Positions 1 to 12,492 of a stretch of 64,000 bases of DNA are shown in pieces; within the stretch, counting starts at the first letter, position 1, and every line of letters begins with the position of its first letter. The notes below the pieces were generated by a model that was given only the letters and a program-made list of their open reading frames with translations, had not been told where the DNA came from and made no database searches. This stretch comes from Dudresnaya verticillata (Eukaryota): positions 2,108,001 through 2,172,000 of the forward strand of contig OZ374557.1 in NCBI GenBank assembly GCA_977862235.1. The letters run 5' to 3'. The position numbers and the translations under genes were made by a program.

Positions 1-7
1 GCAGAAA

Positions 8-2755
8 TTGGAGAAAACGCTATCGAAGCGACATCAACGCGAGCTCCACGATTGGGACCGAGACACCCGCACCATTCGTCTGAACCGCCGCGTCAAAATA
101 CCGAGTTATTCGCAGAAGCTAGTCACCCTGACCTCGGAAGCACTCGGACTAATTCATATCGAACCGAAACCTTCGTTACAAAGCCGACACATAGTATGGT
201 TTACGAGTGGGATACACGATGTCAGGCCGAATCACGAGTTTTCGGTGTTGATGGCACACTTCACGGATAAGCCTCGAGCTCTACCGAAGGGAACCGTCAT
301 CGGATACGGAGCTCGAAACCCGCTCGCGATTTTGGCATCCGATCGCGAAGTCGCGGATTCGTTTTCCAAAGTGCTCAACATCTCTACGATATGTGAGCAC
401 GGCGATTCGAAATCACCCGAAGAATCCGTATCCACGAAGGAAAACCGCTCACAAAGGGCGCCGCGACTGCAGCAGCCAAAGCCAATTCGAGTTCCCGCGA
501 TTGGGAAGAACGCGTAAACCTTTCGAACATACCCGACGAAACTATGCGAAACGAGGTCCTCTAGATGCTACGTAAGCACAAATCGATGTGGAACGGAGAC
601 CTCGGAACGATCGCAACCACGGAGCATCGGATCGATCTACAACCCGGGACTCGACCTATTCGTTCGATGCCCTACTGTCAAGGGCCCGCGATACGCGAAA
701 TTGCCTGTAAAGAAATCAACAGTATGCGCGAAGCCGGAGTAATCGAACCAGCCACCTCAGAGTGGGCGTCCCCCGTATTCCTCCCTCCGAAGAAAGACGG
801 AACACTTCGTTTTTTGCGTAGATTACCGAAGACTCAATACGAAGACACTATCCGACGCGTACCCGCTTCCCCGGATGGAAGATTGTATCGATTCACTCGG
901 AGACGCTTCGATTTTCTTGACACTCGATTGTAACAGCGGGTACTGACAGATTCTGGTTGCCCCGGAAGACCGCGACAAGACTACTTTTACTTCGTTTCTC
1001 GGAACTTATCGTTATCTTCGTATGCCCTCCGGTTTGAAAAACGCGCCCGCTACGTTTCAACGGGCACTCGGTATCATTATATCTGGAGTCCTTTGGCAGT
1101 GCTGTCTCGTTTACCTCGATGACATGATCGTTTTCTTCGCGAATCTTCGTGAACACATCGCGCATCTAGATCAAGTTCTCGTGCTACTTCGCAACTCCGG
1201 GTTTTCGTTCAAGATGAAGAAGTGCTTCCTTTTCCGCAAGCGAGGCGACTATCTCGGACACGTACTTTCCCGGGGAAGCTGAATATTGCTGAGAAGGGCT
1301 CCGAGGCATTCCGATACGCGAAGTTCCCGAAGACACTCACGCAAGTCCGTTCGTTCCTCGGTGCGTGTAACGCATACCGAAAATTCGTGAAAGACTTCGC
1401 GACAATCAAAAACAAAGGATAGTCTCTTTCACGAAGACGGAGACGGTCTCCTGCAACGAACGCATCCGACAATTCCGAAGTTAACGCAAATGGTATTGCC
1501 CGAAACGCTCCGACCCCGGTTACTTATGCTAGCGTATGATTCGTTACTCGCTAGCCACCCGGGGCAGAATAGCATGTTCTACTCACTTCTTGAAACGTAT
1601 TACTGGCCTTACATGGCTGCCGATATCGCATCTACGGTCCGAAGTTGCAAGCACTGTGAGAAATCGGATTCGCTTACGAAGGAACCTTCATCGCTTGAAG
1701 CTCTTCCCCGCTACGCGCCAACTCAAATCGGTCGCGATTGAAATCTTAGGCCCGTTGCCACGAACGAAATCCGGACGCAAGTTCATCCTCGTGATTACGG
1801 ATCGATTTACGAAGTTGACCCAGGTGGCTACACTATGCATTATAACCGCGTATCACGTCGCAGTCGCGTTTTGCGAAGTTTGGATCTTCAAGTATGGACC
1901 GCCAGCCTCGGTGCTCTCGGAAAACGGAAAACAATTTACTTCGAAGTTCTTTCAGGGCGTCTGCCGCCTACTCGGGTTATCGAACGTGTTCACCTCCGCA
2001 TATCATCCGCAAACGAATGGACGAACCGAACGATACAACCGGACTATCCTCGCGAGGCTTCGTAACTACGTGAACGACCGCCAAAACGATTGGGACCGCT
2101 ATGTCTCCACGTTAACGTATTCATACAATTGCCACGTTCATCGGTCTACGAAGACAACTCCGTTCAGTCTCGTATTATCGCGACCGCCGCCCGAATTCAC
2201 CGTCAAGCATCGCTCCCGTAAGCACCGACCGAAACCCACGGAGGATATTCGAAACGATTTCATTAAGCGACGCGATTTCGCAATCACCTCCGCAAGAACT
2301 TCGTTGCACCGCGTGCAAAACCGATACAAGCGCAACTTCGACAAACGTATCCGACGCACGAAGAGCCGCGTCAAACCCGGAGACTACATGTTCCTCGATA
2401 CCCACGATGGGAAAACGAAACTTCCGAGGTTTAAGTCCCGCGCGGAAGGGCCGTACAAAGTGCTCTTCAACGATACGCGTACACTCGTAATCAATCGCAA
2501 GGGCCTCGTTGAACGCGTCTTCGCGGACCGCTGCATCTACGCGCCACCACCTACGAATTTGTGACCGTAGATTACGCGACCCGAAGACATTGCTGAAAAG
2601 TTCAACGAAGGCCCCGAGTAATTTGTAGATCGTATCTTCGATCACTCGACAGACGAAGACGGGAAAATCTTTTTTGTATCAAGTGGGACGGCTACACGAC
2701 GCTTACGTAGGAACCTCGTACGCACGTGCCCGAATACCTCGTTTCGCGCTACTTC
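8..2755 (+). pseudogene. pol: pol of E1: PR-RT spacer, RT, integrase, degenerate chromodomain; RNase H deleted
   Basis: SEWASPV, MPSGLKNAPATFQR, VYLDD, HPGQNSM..YYWP..CKHC zinc finger, ITDRFTK, YHPQTNGRTERYN, GPYKV. Several frameshifts and stops. The RT thumb joins the integrase N-terminus directly near 1405. Confidence 0.92.
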
Positions 2756-4445
2756 GCAAGGCTTCGAAGCCAAGCGGACCAGCGTGATCCCGTGATACTC
2801 GCCCACGAATGGCTCTCCGACTGGGACCCCGAGTGGTGCCGTGGCCCTGACTTCGTGATCCGCAACCCGCAGCCCGAATAAAGCCTACGACCACTCGGGT
2901 TGCGCGGCACTCGAATCTTACTACACGAATGGCCCGGCGCCTCACTACGTTCTTGCATCACGTGCTGACTGCGAAAGTGCTTATTTCGATTGCCCCGGAG
3001 CATACGTTGGCAAAGTGCCGCTGGGCGCCCCTCGTGGCCCAACTTCGTGATGCTCGTCTCCGTATTTCGCGACGCGCCTTCGTCGCGCACGACAACTGCC
3101 CGATTCAAAAGTTTGCCTCGGAGCAGACGGCCGCCACCCCGCATAATTTCGATGGCACGCGACGCACGCCAACGCACCCCTCGGCTGCATCACGAAGCCC
3201 TCTCCGCATCACCGTGTCCGCGAGTGATCACCGATTCGTTCGTCACGATGCCCACACGAAGTCGCTTCTCACCCAGTCGGAAGCGTTCCCCGGTATCGCG
3301 ATGGGCGCACCCACCGCTGCGGTGGTGGACACACACTGTGTCCCACGAGCTTCGTGATATTCGACACTGGCGCATCCGCGCACACGGTTGCACCGCGGCA
3401 ATCACATTACAGGAGCTGACACCGCGACGGACGGACACGGTGAACTATTCGTAACTTGCCATACGCGTCTGACGTCATACTTCGAGGCCAATGCCACCCG
3501 CAACATGCACTTCGCCTTCGTAACCCGCGCATCACGCCAACTTCGCTCGATCGCTTGCCTCGGAGCAGCGCAGATGGCGCCTCAACCCCTCTCTTGAGCC
3601 ACGGCGCTCACCCCTTTTTACGACACACCTTCGACACGACCACGGAGGCCTCGACGTGTGCCCTACAACCGCTTGCCTCGTGGATCGCTGACGCATGAGC
3701 CTGCGCCCCGATGCGCCCCCGAAGCAGCTCGCCCACGACAGCCCCGGAGCTCACGGGAATTGCTCAGCACGATCCTCTCCACACCTGCACAGCTCTCCGA
3801 GGAGCGCGTATCCGCAACCGATCCCCCGAAGAACGTCGGCGCGGACGCCTTCTTCTTGAGGAGGGGGCCGTGCACGCAGATCAAGAAGTCTCGATGACGC
3901 AACTCCTCGAAGGAAACACGCGTAATTTTATTCGTAATCAACGTCACACGGATCACGACGAACGAAACCGCACCACGAAAGAGTCCCAGATTCGCACACT
4001 TGAGCACGAAGCTCGTTTAAAAGAGGTTACGAAACTAGATCTACGATGCTAACAACTACGTGACTATCACTTCGAGGCAAAAGAAGAGTCGAGAAAGAGA
4101 AAAACGTTTACTTGAGATGATACCATGAGACCGAAACCACGCCACCGTGAGCTCCGAGAACAAGGAGCTCGATACTGAAAACGAGAAACCACGCAGCTAC
4201 GAAGCTAAAAGAAAAAGCCTCGGTGCTACCACTACGTACAACTACGAGCTACCATACGGGTTCGCGAAGTCGTAAGGCAGGTTATCACCAGAATCGTTCC
4301 CGTTTTCGTCTCGAGTCACACTAAGGAAGTTCGGCGCACACGGATCCGATGTCTGCAATTGTCCGCGATGACTGTCGTAACCTTCGCCACCGCTGGTTCC
4401 GAAGCCCGAAGGGCCTCCGGAGCCAGGCCCATAACGTGAAGCGTC

Positions 4446-6270
4446 TTAACTCCAGTAACCGTAATATTCGCACCGACACTTACCGCTCAACTCGAGGTCC
4501 CGAATACGTTGACGAAGGTCCGCTCTCTCCGCATCCCGATCACGAAGCTGCCTGCGAGGGCGACTCACCTCCGTGACCGCGCGAAGGAAGCTTCCACCGA
4601 GGTCGTCCAACAGCTGCCGAAGAGTCCCATCGGGGTAAATGCCCGCTTCGCGACACGCATCGCTCACGGAGTCGAGAGTGCGAACATCCGTAGGACAGCG
4701 CATCTCGAGACTCGCGACCGAAGAACCCGAAGCGCTCGACATCAACGCAACGGCCCCGGTGCCAAGAGCTGACCCCGGAGTCAGCGACGGCGAAATTGCC
4801 GGAGCTACGGAACGAGGCACACGCGGCAACGGACCAACCTCGCCTCCGATGGCACGAACCGCGGCACTCGGATGCGAAAACGGACCAACTCGCGGACCGC
4901 GCCCCCCGTAAAGGACGGTTGTGCCAATCGAACCAGGCTCCGGAACCCACGTCGTGACCGACCACTTGGGACCGCTGTCCCGTCGGAAATCGCGACGAAT
5001 CGACTGGAGCTGCCTCCGATCCGCATCCTCGATGGCAATCGCGAGTATCTTCGTGAACGGCATCATGCGATCCGAGCCTCGGGGCGAAAGATCCAGATAC
5101 CCGCCATCCTCGGAGAACGACTTCGACCAACGATCACGAACGAAACTACGCAACGAAGCATCGAGCACCCATACATATTGACGCTGCGTGACATCCGAAA
5201 TCAACGCGCGACCAAGCTCGAAGCGATATTCGGAATCCCAAAAACGCAAGAAGCACTTCTTCGTATGTTCCGCAAACAGGTCGAAAACGAGACCGAAGTA
5301 ACGAATCACCCTCGGAGGTGGCACGACTAAGCCCGCGGGGGCCCGAATACACGCAGTATCGAGCCAGAACGAACTCGGAAACATGCTCAGAAGCACGCGG
5401 TCATCGAGACGCGAATTCGTATCCACGCAATCGGGCATCGAGCCCGCGCCACGAAACAGCGCCCAGTCTCCGGCACCGAAGTGCACTCCGAGGATGCGAG
5501 AAATCGAGTCTACGTGACGACCTACGTTTCCCGCGGCGGACTCGAACTCTGGGTAATCACGAAAGCGAGCAACCGCAACCACCGGAGAATCCACGGAGAT
5601 ACCCGCACCCGGTGCCAGGAGCACACGCGCACACGTATCTATGTAAGCAACCTCGTAGGCCGTGGTCACGTAGGAGACGTCAAACGGAAGGCCCGTCGGA
5701 GTCGGATACACGGGGCCAGAATACGTGAAAGACGCCGGCTCCGCTATCATCGCGACCCTCGCAAAGCGCACGAAAGCGGGCGAGATCCAGACGAACACGG
5801 CCATCGTAGGCAGAAACCTCTTCGTGAGTAGCTCCGGAGATCGCGAACGTATCCCACGCGAAGTACAACTGCGCAGACGGAAGCCTCGGAGCACTCTTAT
5901 CCTTTGCCCCGAATTTCGGAGGACCCAACGAAGCACTCGGCTGCCAACTCCGATTCACGAATTGTGGATTCGAACCGCCAGAACGTACGTACGGACTACC
6001 GAGGTCCGCCGCACACGAAGGCCCCGAAGCCCCAATGTCCACCACGTGGGGAATCTCGAGAGTCCGTGGTACGTATTAACCGGCGTCAGCCGCAGGACCA
6101 GCGGCATTAGATGAAGGACCCGAATCCCTCGGAGGCACCGCAGCATCCCGCGTGGGCTCCGAGGCCACACGTTCCGCGGCAGCAGCGAGCTCACCCTCGA
6201 GGCGACGACGAGGCGCATCGACGCGCTCTTCGTGGGACTCGGTTCCCTTCTCGTGACCCTTGTCCACCAT
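4446..6270 (-). pseudogene. Antisense accessory ORF of E1 (unknown family), with one in-frame stop (6076) and one frameshift (~5715)
   Basis: ORF pieces 6076-6270, 5680-6045 and 4446-5936 align collinearly with the E3 antisense protein (YFAWD/VFAWE, DDSGAG/DDGGAA, PTGLPFDVSYVTT/PNGLPCDVSFVTT, WVLD). Confidence 0.85.
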
Positions 6271-6875
6271 CGTAGGATACGTGACACGAAGTTAACCTTA
6301 ACGCAGCCCACGGAGGACGCGCAACACTTGCCCCAACACCGAGACCCGCAATCCACAACCGACCACCGCAAACCACCGAGGCCAACGAAGCAACAATACG
6401 AATGCCATGGAGCGGAGCGAACGATGCGAGAAGAGATGCACACGGACGCAACAGCGCAACACGAAGGAGCCGACGGAAGACGCAAAAAACCGAAGCCAAG
6501 GAGCGGAAGCGAATTGTGTGTGTGCGCGATGATCGGAGAATCAAGGGGCTCGGACCCAACGCAACACGAAGTTGAGATAACCCACGCGGCTCGCGCCCCG
6601 TCTCCGTGATCCGCGCGCACACGCGTCGACGGACGGCGCCGAAGCCCTGACCCGTTCTACGTACGCGAAATATTTTCGTGATTAGCCAATACGAAGGCGC
6701 CATCGCACACGTGATCCGAATTCAAATTCGTAAGCCCCGAGGCATCGCTGCGCGACGAAGTGAGATGGAAGCAAGCTCCGCGCCGCCACTCGGATGGCTT
6801 CATCCCCGCACCACCGAGGGAAACCGGGCCACGCCAATTCGTGATTCGTAACCCGCGACCGGGACGTTCGCTCTT

Positions 6876-6888
6876 GAGGAGGGGGCCG
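6876..6888 (+). other. Polypurine tract of E1
   Basis: GAGGAGGGGGCCG immediately 5' of the LTR TG; the same GGGGGCCG-TG signature occurs in E2 and E3. Confidence 0.85.
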
Positions 6889-8129
6889 TGTGGCATAGAC
6901 GTTGTGCGCAAAACGACTCCGTGGTCTACGTGAAAATAATCGAGAAATACGAATTTCGAAGTAACTCCGTGAATGTGCACGCCACGATGGCAAACGTATT
7001 ACAGTGCGCATACACAATACTGTTCGCGAGCCAAGATGGCATTCGTATTACAGCACGCACGCAATACGAAATCGCAGACACCTCCGGCCGAATTCCGAGC
7101 TGACTTCGTGATCGCGCGCGCCACGATGACATTCGCATCACAGGGCGCACCCGATACAAAATCGCTGACACCTTCGTGATCTTCCCGTTGTTTCCCGCGC
7201 GTAACGACACCGAGGCCCACGACACGCATGCTCCTCCGCATGCATTGCTGGCGCACTTCGTAACCACCACCACACGTGAGACGACCGTTCGTTGGCACGG
7301 AGGCCGTTACGAATCATTTGAGTACGAACCGTCTCCCGCGTTGACGTGTATTAGTGCTCACTTAGTATTACTTATCCAATCGTCTGGCACAACCGCTGAG
7401 GGTTTCCGGTAAGCGACTAGCGCCTGGACCTCGGAGTGTTCGTTAAACGCCTGTTTCTTCGAGTTCGGTGTCTTCGTCTTCGTGACCGCGGATACGGTCG
7501 AGCCTCGCTTTAGATACCCCCGTGCACCCGGAGTTATCTCCGGTGATCAATCGCTCGAGTTCTCCCTTCCGCACACGAATACGTTGACACCGTGGTCCTT
7601 CGTGTTGGTCGCTCCACTCTACCACGCTACCACCCCTTTTCGTTTCTCCGTTAGGCTACGAGGCCATTCGTTAGGCTCCGAGGCCATTCCTTACAGTGCG
7701 AGACTTCCCCGCGTCACTGTAGACTTCGTTATAGCACACTGTAGTCTATTTAGTAGTCGCCCCTCCGGGCTTGAGTAGAACAAGGTAAGCCAGCTACGAC
7801 AGGCTTGCCCCTTTCTGCTTTGGGTTTATTTCCCAGTTCTTCTCCCTACGGCATCCATCTTTCCATAGCCGCCTAGTCCTTCTTTTTCTTTTCCCTACCG
7901 TCAACTTCGTGACGCCCCACGACGGGGACGCAGGGATATGGCCGCTGCCACCCGCATACGGTCCGCCCCGTGCGCGCTCAGGCTTCGACGCCGTTGATCC
8001 GCGACCGTCGACGGCGCGCGCGGCCGACACCACCGCTCTACCACCACCGCTACCACCCTTCGACGGGTCTGGGTGCGATTACGAGACCAGCCGCGCTAGA
8101 CGTCAGTTAGACCTGACGTCTATGTCACA
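6889..8129 (+). repeat. 3' LTR of E1 (~1241 bp)
   Basis: TG...CA ends with a 13/14-bp terminal inverted repeat; follows the PPT; last ~200 bp align with U5 of the E3 LTR. Confidence 0.85.
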
Positions 8130-9784
8130 GAAGCATTGAATTGCATGATTTATTACTTGTCGCCACAGTTCTAATTAGGGATGAAGAGCGCTCCCGTGTT
8201 CAATGTATTAGCAATGCAGCCAAGATCCCGGCTTGGACACCCGCGCATCCACTACCAACTGGGACGTATTCCCACTTATATCTTGTACCGATTGACTTTA
8301 GTAATGCTAATAGATACAATCCTAGGCTAACCTAGACCCCTTTTTGGGCTGATAGACTTTGCGGCTGTGAAGCCCTATTATGGGCATCGGAATAGCTGGT
8401 GCCCTCAGAATACTAACCCAGCGGATTTGTCGGGGAATTAAGCATCTTTTGGTCGTTCGGACGCTCCGCGACTGCAGGGGTAGCCTAGTACGCGACTGTA
8501 CATCGCAAGATAAGCCTCTGTGCAGCACCAGGTCGCAACCTCTATATTTCCTTTAGCCAGTCGCACCGAGTATTTACCGCGCTTCCGCATCCCCCTTACG
8601 GTCCATCTTGTTCTGCTCCTTTTGTAAGCCCCTACCAACCTCCCACGAGCTACGACCCCATAGCGTATGCTACCGGACAGCTGTCCTCTTTTGTTGTGTG
8701 CTGTTTCTGGCCGGTGCCATACTGCTACACCCCCCCCGGAGGGAGTTGGGGGGTAATCTGCAGTGATCAGCGAGGGCTTGAAGTAGCCCAGCCAGTTGCA
8801 CTCGGGCTTGCGGGTTGCCCGGCGGACGGCGCGGTGGTTGTCGACGGCGGGAGCACTGTAAGGTATTTTAAGGTATCTTACAGTGCGACTCTGCGACTCC
8901 GATGTGTCCAAATCAACACCCAGGGTGCCAGGGCCAACAAAGAGGTACTAGGAAAGTTATGATACCTCCCGTTTTTGTGCAACCTCCCGCTAATTGAAAC
9001 AGGGCCCCGCCCCATCTCCGGATTGGTTGCAGTTATCGGGACTCGACTTTACTTTAACGGCTCCTCATTGGCCATGAGAGTGGTGGAATAGTAGAATGGT
9101 TAACTTCTACTGAATCCACCCAGTATGAAAACTCCGTTGGGCACCCGTTGTCGTGAACCGGATTTTGCGTTTGCGTCATCCCTCGAATAGGGCAAGTAGG
9201 AAAACTTGTACGGCTTATGATGTAGAAGCACCGTGCAGTATTGCATTGAAAAAACTCGCCCTGGTGAAAAATCCCTCGCCCTGGTGAGGTAAGATATCTG
9301 CACCTGGATCAGAAGTGAGGCGTCATGCGACGTGCTGGGAAAACCGTTTCAGTCCTCTTCGGTCTGTGGTTTGCGCGATTGCTTGCGTTTTCATCAGAAT
9401 GCTGGCCGCCCTGTCCTGCGTGGGAAAGGACATGCAACATAAGCTGATCGGGCCGAAAAAGACGGCGACCGTAATTCAGTCACAAGATGGCGCAAAGCCC
9501 AGAAAGAGTTCAGTCACGTGGGCCGCGCCTTCGCAATGCTCATATGTGCGAGCCCCCTTGGTTGGCATTCTCGACTGGGTTTGTACTTCGAACGGCGAGT
9601 ACCTATCTTCATGCCGATACGTATTGCACTGCCCTTGATGGAATGTTGAACTCTTTCATCGCCTGTGCCGCTAGGGTCTTTGGTTCTTCCTCCTTTGCGA
9701 AGTAACCTGAATTGCACTTGCTCGTCAAGTTTTGCGCTAAGGCATAGTAACCCTCATCGCGGCTGTAGAAGCTTTGCACATGCC

Positions 9785-11788
9785 ATGACCCATATGTGTC
9801 TAACGGCCCCCGTTGTGGTTGCATTCTCACTGCTACTAATGCAATGCTCTACTTTCGCTTTTGCACAGGGGGAAGCCATGCATGCCCTAATGGATTTAGT
9901 CCCGAAAACACCTGGAAGAGCGCCGCCAAGCGTCATCTCTGCATTTGGCTTGCGACCGTCTTTTGCACCGGCTCCAGTATCAGGTTCTACAACGGCTCCT
10001 ACAACGGCTCCGGTATCGGCTCCAGTATCGGCTCCCGCCATTACTCCGACTCCTGCGCAAACAGCGCCTGCTGCAGATATCTCGTCAATGCCCATTGCAA
10101 CAGGGATTCCGAATACCTCACCAATGGTATCGACTGGGAATCCGGATGGAACAAGCGCCAGTACGCCCACGCAAGTCACTGTTGAAGTGGATGTGACGGA
10201 GGGTGAAGATTCTGTTGCGGAGCCAAATGGCATTGCATCAGAAGATAGTGCGGACATTTCCGAGGCTGGGGATGGCACTGTCTCGGATGAAGGTCATGGT
10301 CAACAAAACGATCAGCAAAGGCCCCCCCAAGATGACGTTAAGGCGGATCCAACTGGTTCTACGTCTGGGTTGTGGTTACCGGTTGACTTGCCCGGAGAAG
10401 GATTCTTCCCTTGCCATCCGAAGAAGGGCTCAGTTGATACATTGGTGACGTGCACACGAGTAGAGATCCCAGATCTGCTTTGCAAACGTTGCGCGCTCCG
10501 GCCGACCACAACTACCGGCGAGTTCCAACAATGTGACAACGTGTTTGAAACCTCTTCTGATTCCTGCAAGGATGCCATGCAAGAATATGCTGTGGCAAAC
10601 AACCACTGCGACCCTGTAAGAGCAGATGCAGTGTCAAGGTGGATTGGGGGAGACAGTGAAGCTGCGAAGACCATCGATTACTTTCTCTACTCTGTATGTG
10701 AGTTATGCTGCGACTGTGTCCCTATGGGTGTCCTGGAACGTGATTTTCGACAACTGAAAGAGAAACATTCCCATTCAGATCCAACGCTGTGGGATTCCAG
10801 ACGCGGTAACTGTCCAGCACATGCGGAGTACGATCTATGTAGAGTGCTACCGTCCGTCACTTACCTTACCAGCATCAACGGCCCAAGTGAAGAGAGGTCA
10901 GCAGCTTGCCCTCCGCTTAACGAATGGCTTAACTCCGAGCGCTCCAGCAACTGGCAGACAGATCCAGCTACATCCATTGAGGCCCCAACAGTCCGGTTTC
11001 TGAACAGTGCACTTGCAGCTTTGATGTGCCACCGCTCTGCAATTTGGAAAAAATGTTACAAGATGGAGAACCTGCAAGATCATATTATGCTACCCAGTGA
11101 TTCTGAGTCAGAATCTGATTCTTCAGACGAAGAATCCCAAATTCCTCCCGAACTGCTTGGAGGGCAAGAAAATAATGTAGCTGGGGGTGAGAAGGGCTCC
11201 GAAAGGCCCGGTTCGTGTTTTCCCGGTAGTGCTACTGTAGAGTTGGAAAGCGGGGTCATTGTTCCAATGGATAAGCTGCGAATTGGAGATCGTGTTCGAT
11301 CTTCGGAAACCACATTTTCAGATGTTTACATGTTTTCGCATCGGGACTTTTCATCATGTGATTCGTTCTACCTACGCATTACAGCTGGAGAACGTTCTGT
11401 TGTGGTGACTGAAGGCCACTTTCTTTTCGCGATTCCAGGCTACAGCCAGGAGCTGGAAGAAAAACTGGTTGCTGCCAACAAGATTGCGGTTGGAGACAAA
11501 GTGCAAATGGATAGTGGACAATGGATCGCTGTGTCATCCATATCAAAGGTGGCAGCCAGAGGTCTTTTCAATCCACATACTGTAGATGGTGATATTTGCG
11601 TTAATGGAATCCGAGTATCCACATTCACTACAGCAGTTGCTATTAGGACAGGTCACGCGTTTTTGGCGCCACTTCGAGCCCTTTTCAGAACGGGATTTTT
11701 TGAAGAAGGGCAGCTTTCGTCGTTTCAGGAGGACCTGATACACTTTGTGTCCCCGGCAAGTGTTCCGTTGTCCTGTGTTGGGTCGTAA
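9785..11788 (+). CDS. Secreted Cys-rich protein with C-terminal hedgehog-type Hint (Hog) autoprocessing domain
   Basis: Intact ORF. Hydrophobic signal peptide (VVVAFSLLLMQCSTFAFA), P/T/S-rich linker, Cys-rich domain, acidic linker, then SCFPGSATV (Cys codon 11216)...LRIGDRV...FSHRD...VTEGHFLF...GLFNPHTVDGDICVNG and an SRR-like HAFLAPLR. Confidence 0.9.
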   Translation: MTHMCLTAPVVVAFSLLLMQCSTFAFAQGEAMHALMDLVPKTPGRAPPSVISAFGLRPSFAPAPVSGSTTAPTTAPVSAPVSAPAITPTPAQTAPAADISSMPIATGIPNTSPMVSTGNPDGTSASTPTQVTVEVDVTEGEDSVAEPNGIASEDSADISEAGDGTVSDEGHGQQNDQQRPPQDDVKADPTGSTSGLWLPVDLPGEGFFPCHPKKGSVDTLVTCTRVEIPDLLCKRCALRPTTTTGEFQQCDNVFETSSDSCKDAMQEYAVANNHCDPVRADAVSRWIGGDSEAAKTIDYFLYSVCELCCDCVPMGVLERDFRQLKEKHSHSDPTLWDSRRGNCPAHAEYDLCRVLPSVTYLTSINGPSEERSAACPPLNEWLNSERSSNWQTDPATSIEAPTVRFLNSALAALMCHRSAIWKKCYKMENLQDHIMLPSDSESESDSSDEESQIPPELLGGQENNVAGGEKGSERPGSCFPGSATVELESGVIVPMDKLRIGDRVRSSETTFSDVYMFSHRDFSSCDSFYLRITAGERSVVVTEGHFLFAIPGYSQELEEKLVAANKIAVGDKVQMDSGQWIAVSSISKVAARGLFNPHTVDGDICVNGIRVSTFTTAVAIRTGHAFLAPLRALFRTGFFEEGQLSSFQEDLIHFVSPASVPLSCVGS

Positions 11789-12492
11789 GCTGCATCCGTA
11801 ACTTTTCTGCTGCGCTTCTGGTGGAAGTCGTGCGACCCTGCAGCAGGTCCTCAGTTGGATCCACGGCTGCTCGGCTCAGACATTCTGTAAGAATCTAGAT
11901 GGCAGAGTGGAATCGCGGTATAACTAATGGCACATGGCTTTCGCCTTCCTGCGTACATCTTGTGCTCAGCTACGTTTCCCACTCCGTTCAGGTACGATGC
12001 ATATCGCTAAACTACATGCTCAGGCCCTGGTTTGTACACTTTGAGTGGTTATTTTATTAGGGCCCTATATCAACGTCTCTGGACCAAGTTGAGAGTATTG
12101 ATTTTGAAAATCACCTTACGCTGAGCCTTCGCAGTTACGGCCCTTGCGTACAACCGCGCTCATATATTAGATTCCTATTCTCCAAAACAAATCTCATTGC
12201 GAAGCTCTGTCAACGACTTGGCACGTCCCACACGAACTGTACAAAGCGATAATGTGCTCTCCATTTCCGAGCATGACGAGGTCCATGTATGTATCCCGCA
12301 TCTTCCGGTGGTGCTCTTGTACGAGTATGGAGTCGTTTCTAGTGTGAATGCTGCTACGCAGACGAGTAGAAAGGGCTACACCCCAGTTGCCGGTAATAAC
12401 TTCAATTCATACACGGCTCATTCTATGAACAACCCTGGAGAATACACTGAAACGGACTGCACGTGACGCAAGGCATTTAGCAGCAATTGTCG

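Larger units (their letters stand above)
1..8129 (+). mobile_element. Ty3/gypsy (chromovirus-like) LTR retrotransposon E1, 5' part outside window, degenerate
   Basis: RT, integrase and chromodomain remnants in gypsy order; PPT GAGGAGGGGGCCG followed by an LTR TGTGGCATAGACGT...ACGTCTATGTCACA. Confidence 0.93.

Noticed and set aside
8322..8488. Possible MITE bounded by CTAGGCTA/TAGCCTAG
   Set aside because: Only an 8-bp inverted repeat, single copy in the window, no convincing TSD
11216..11640. Intein
   Set aside because: No C-terminal His-Asn followed by Cys/Ser/Thr; motifs and terminal position fit a hedgehog-type Hint domain
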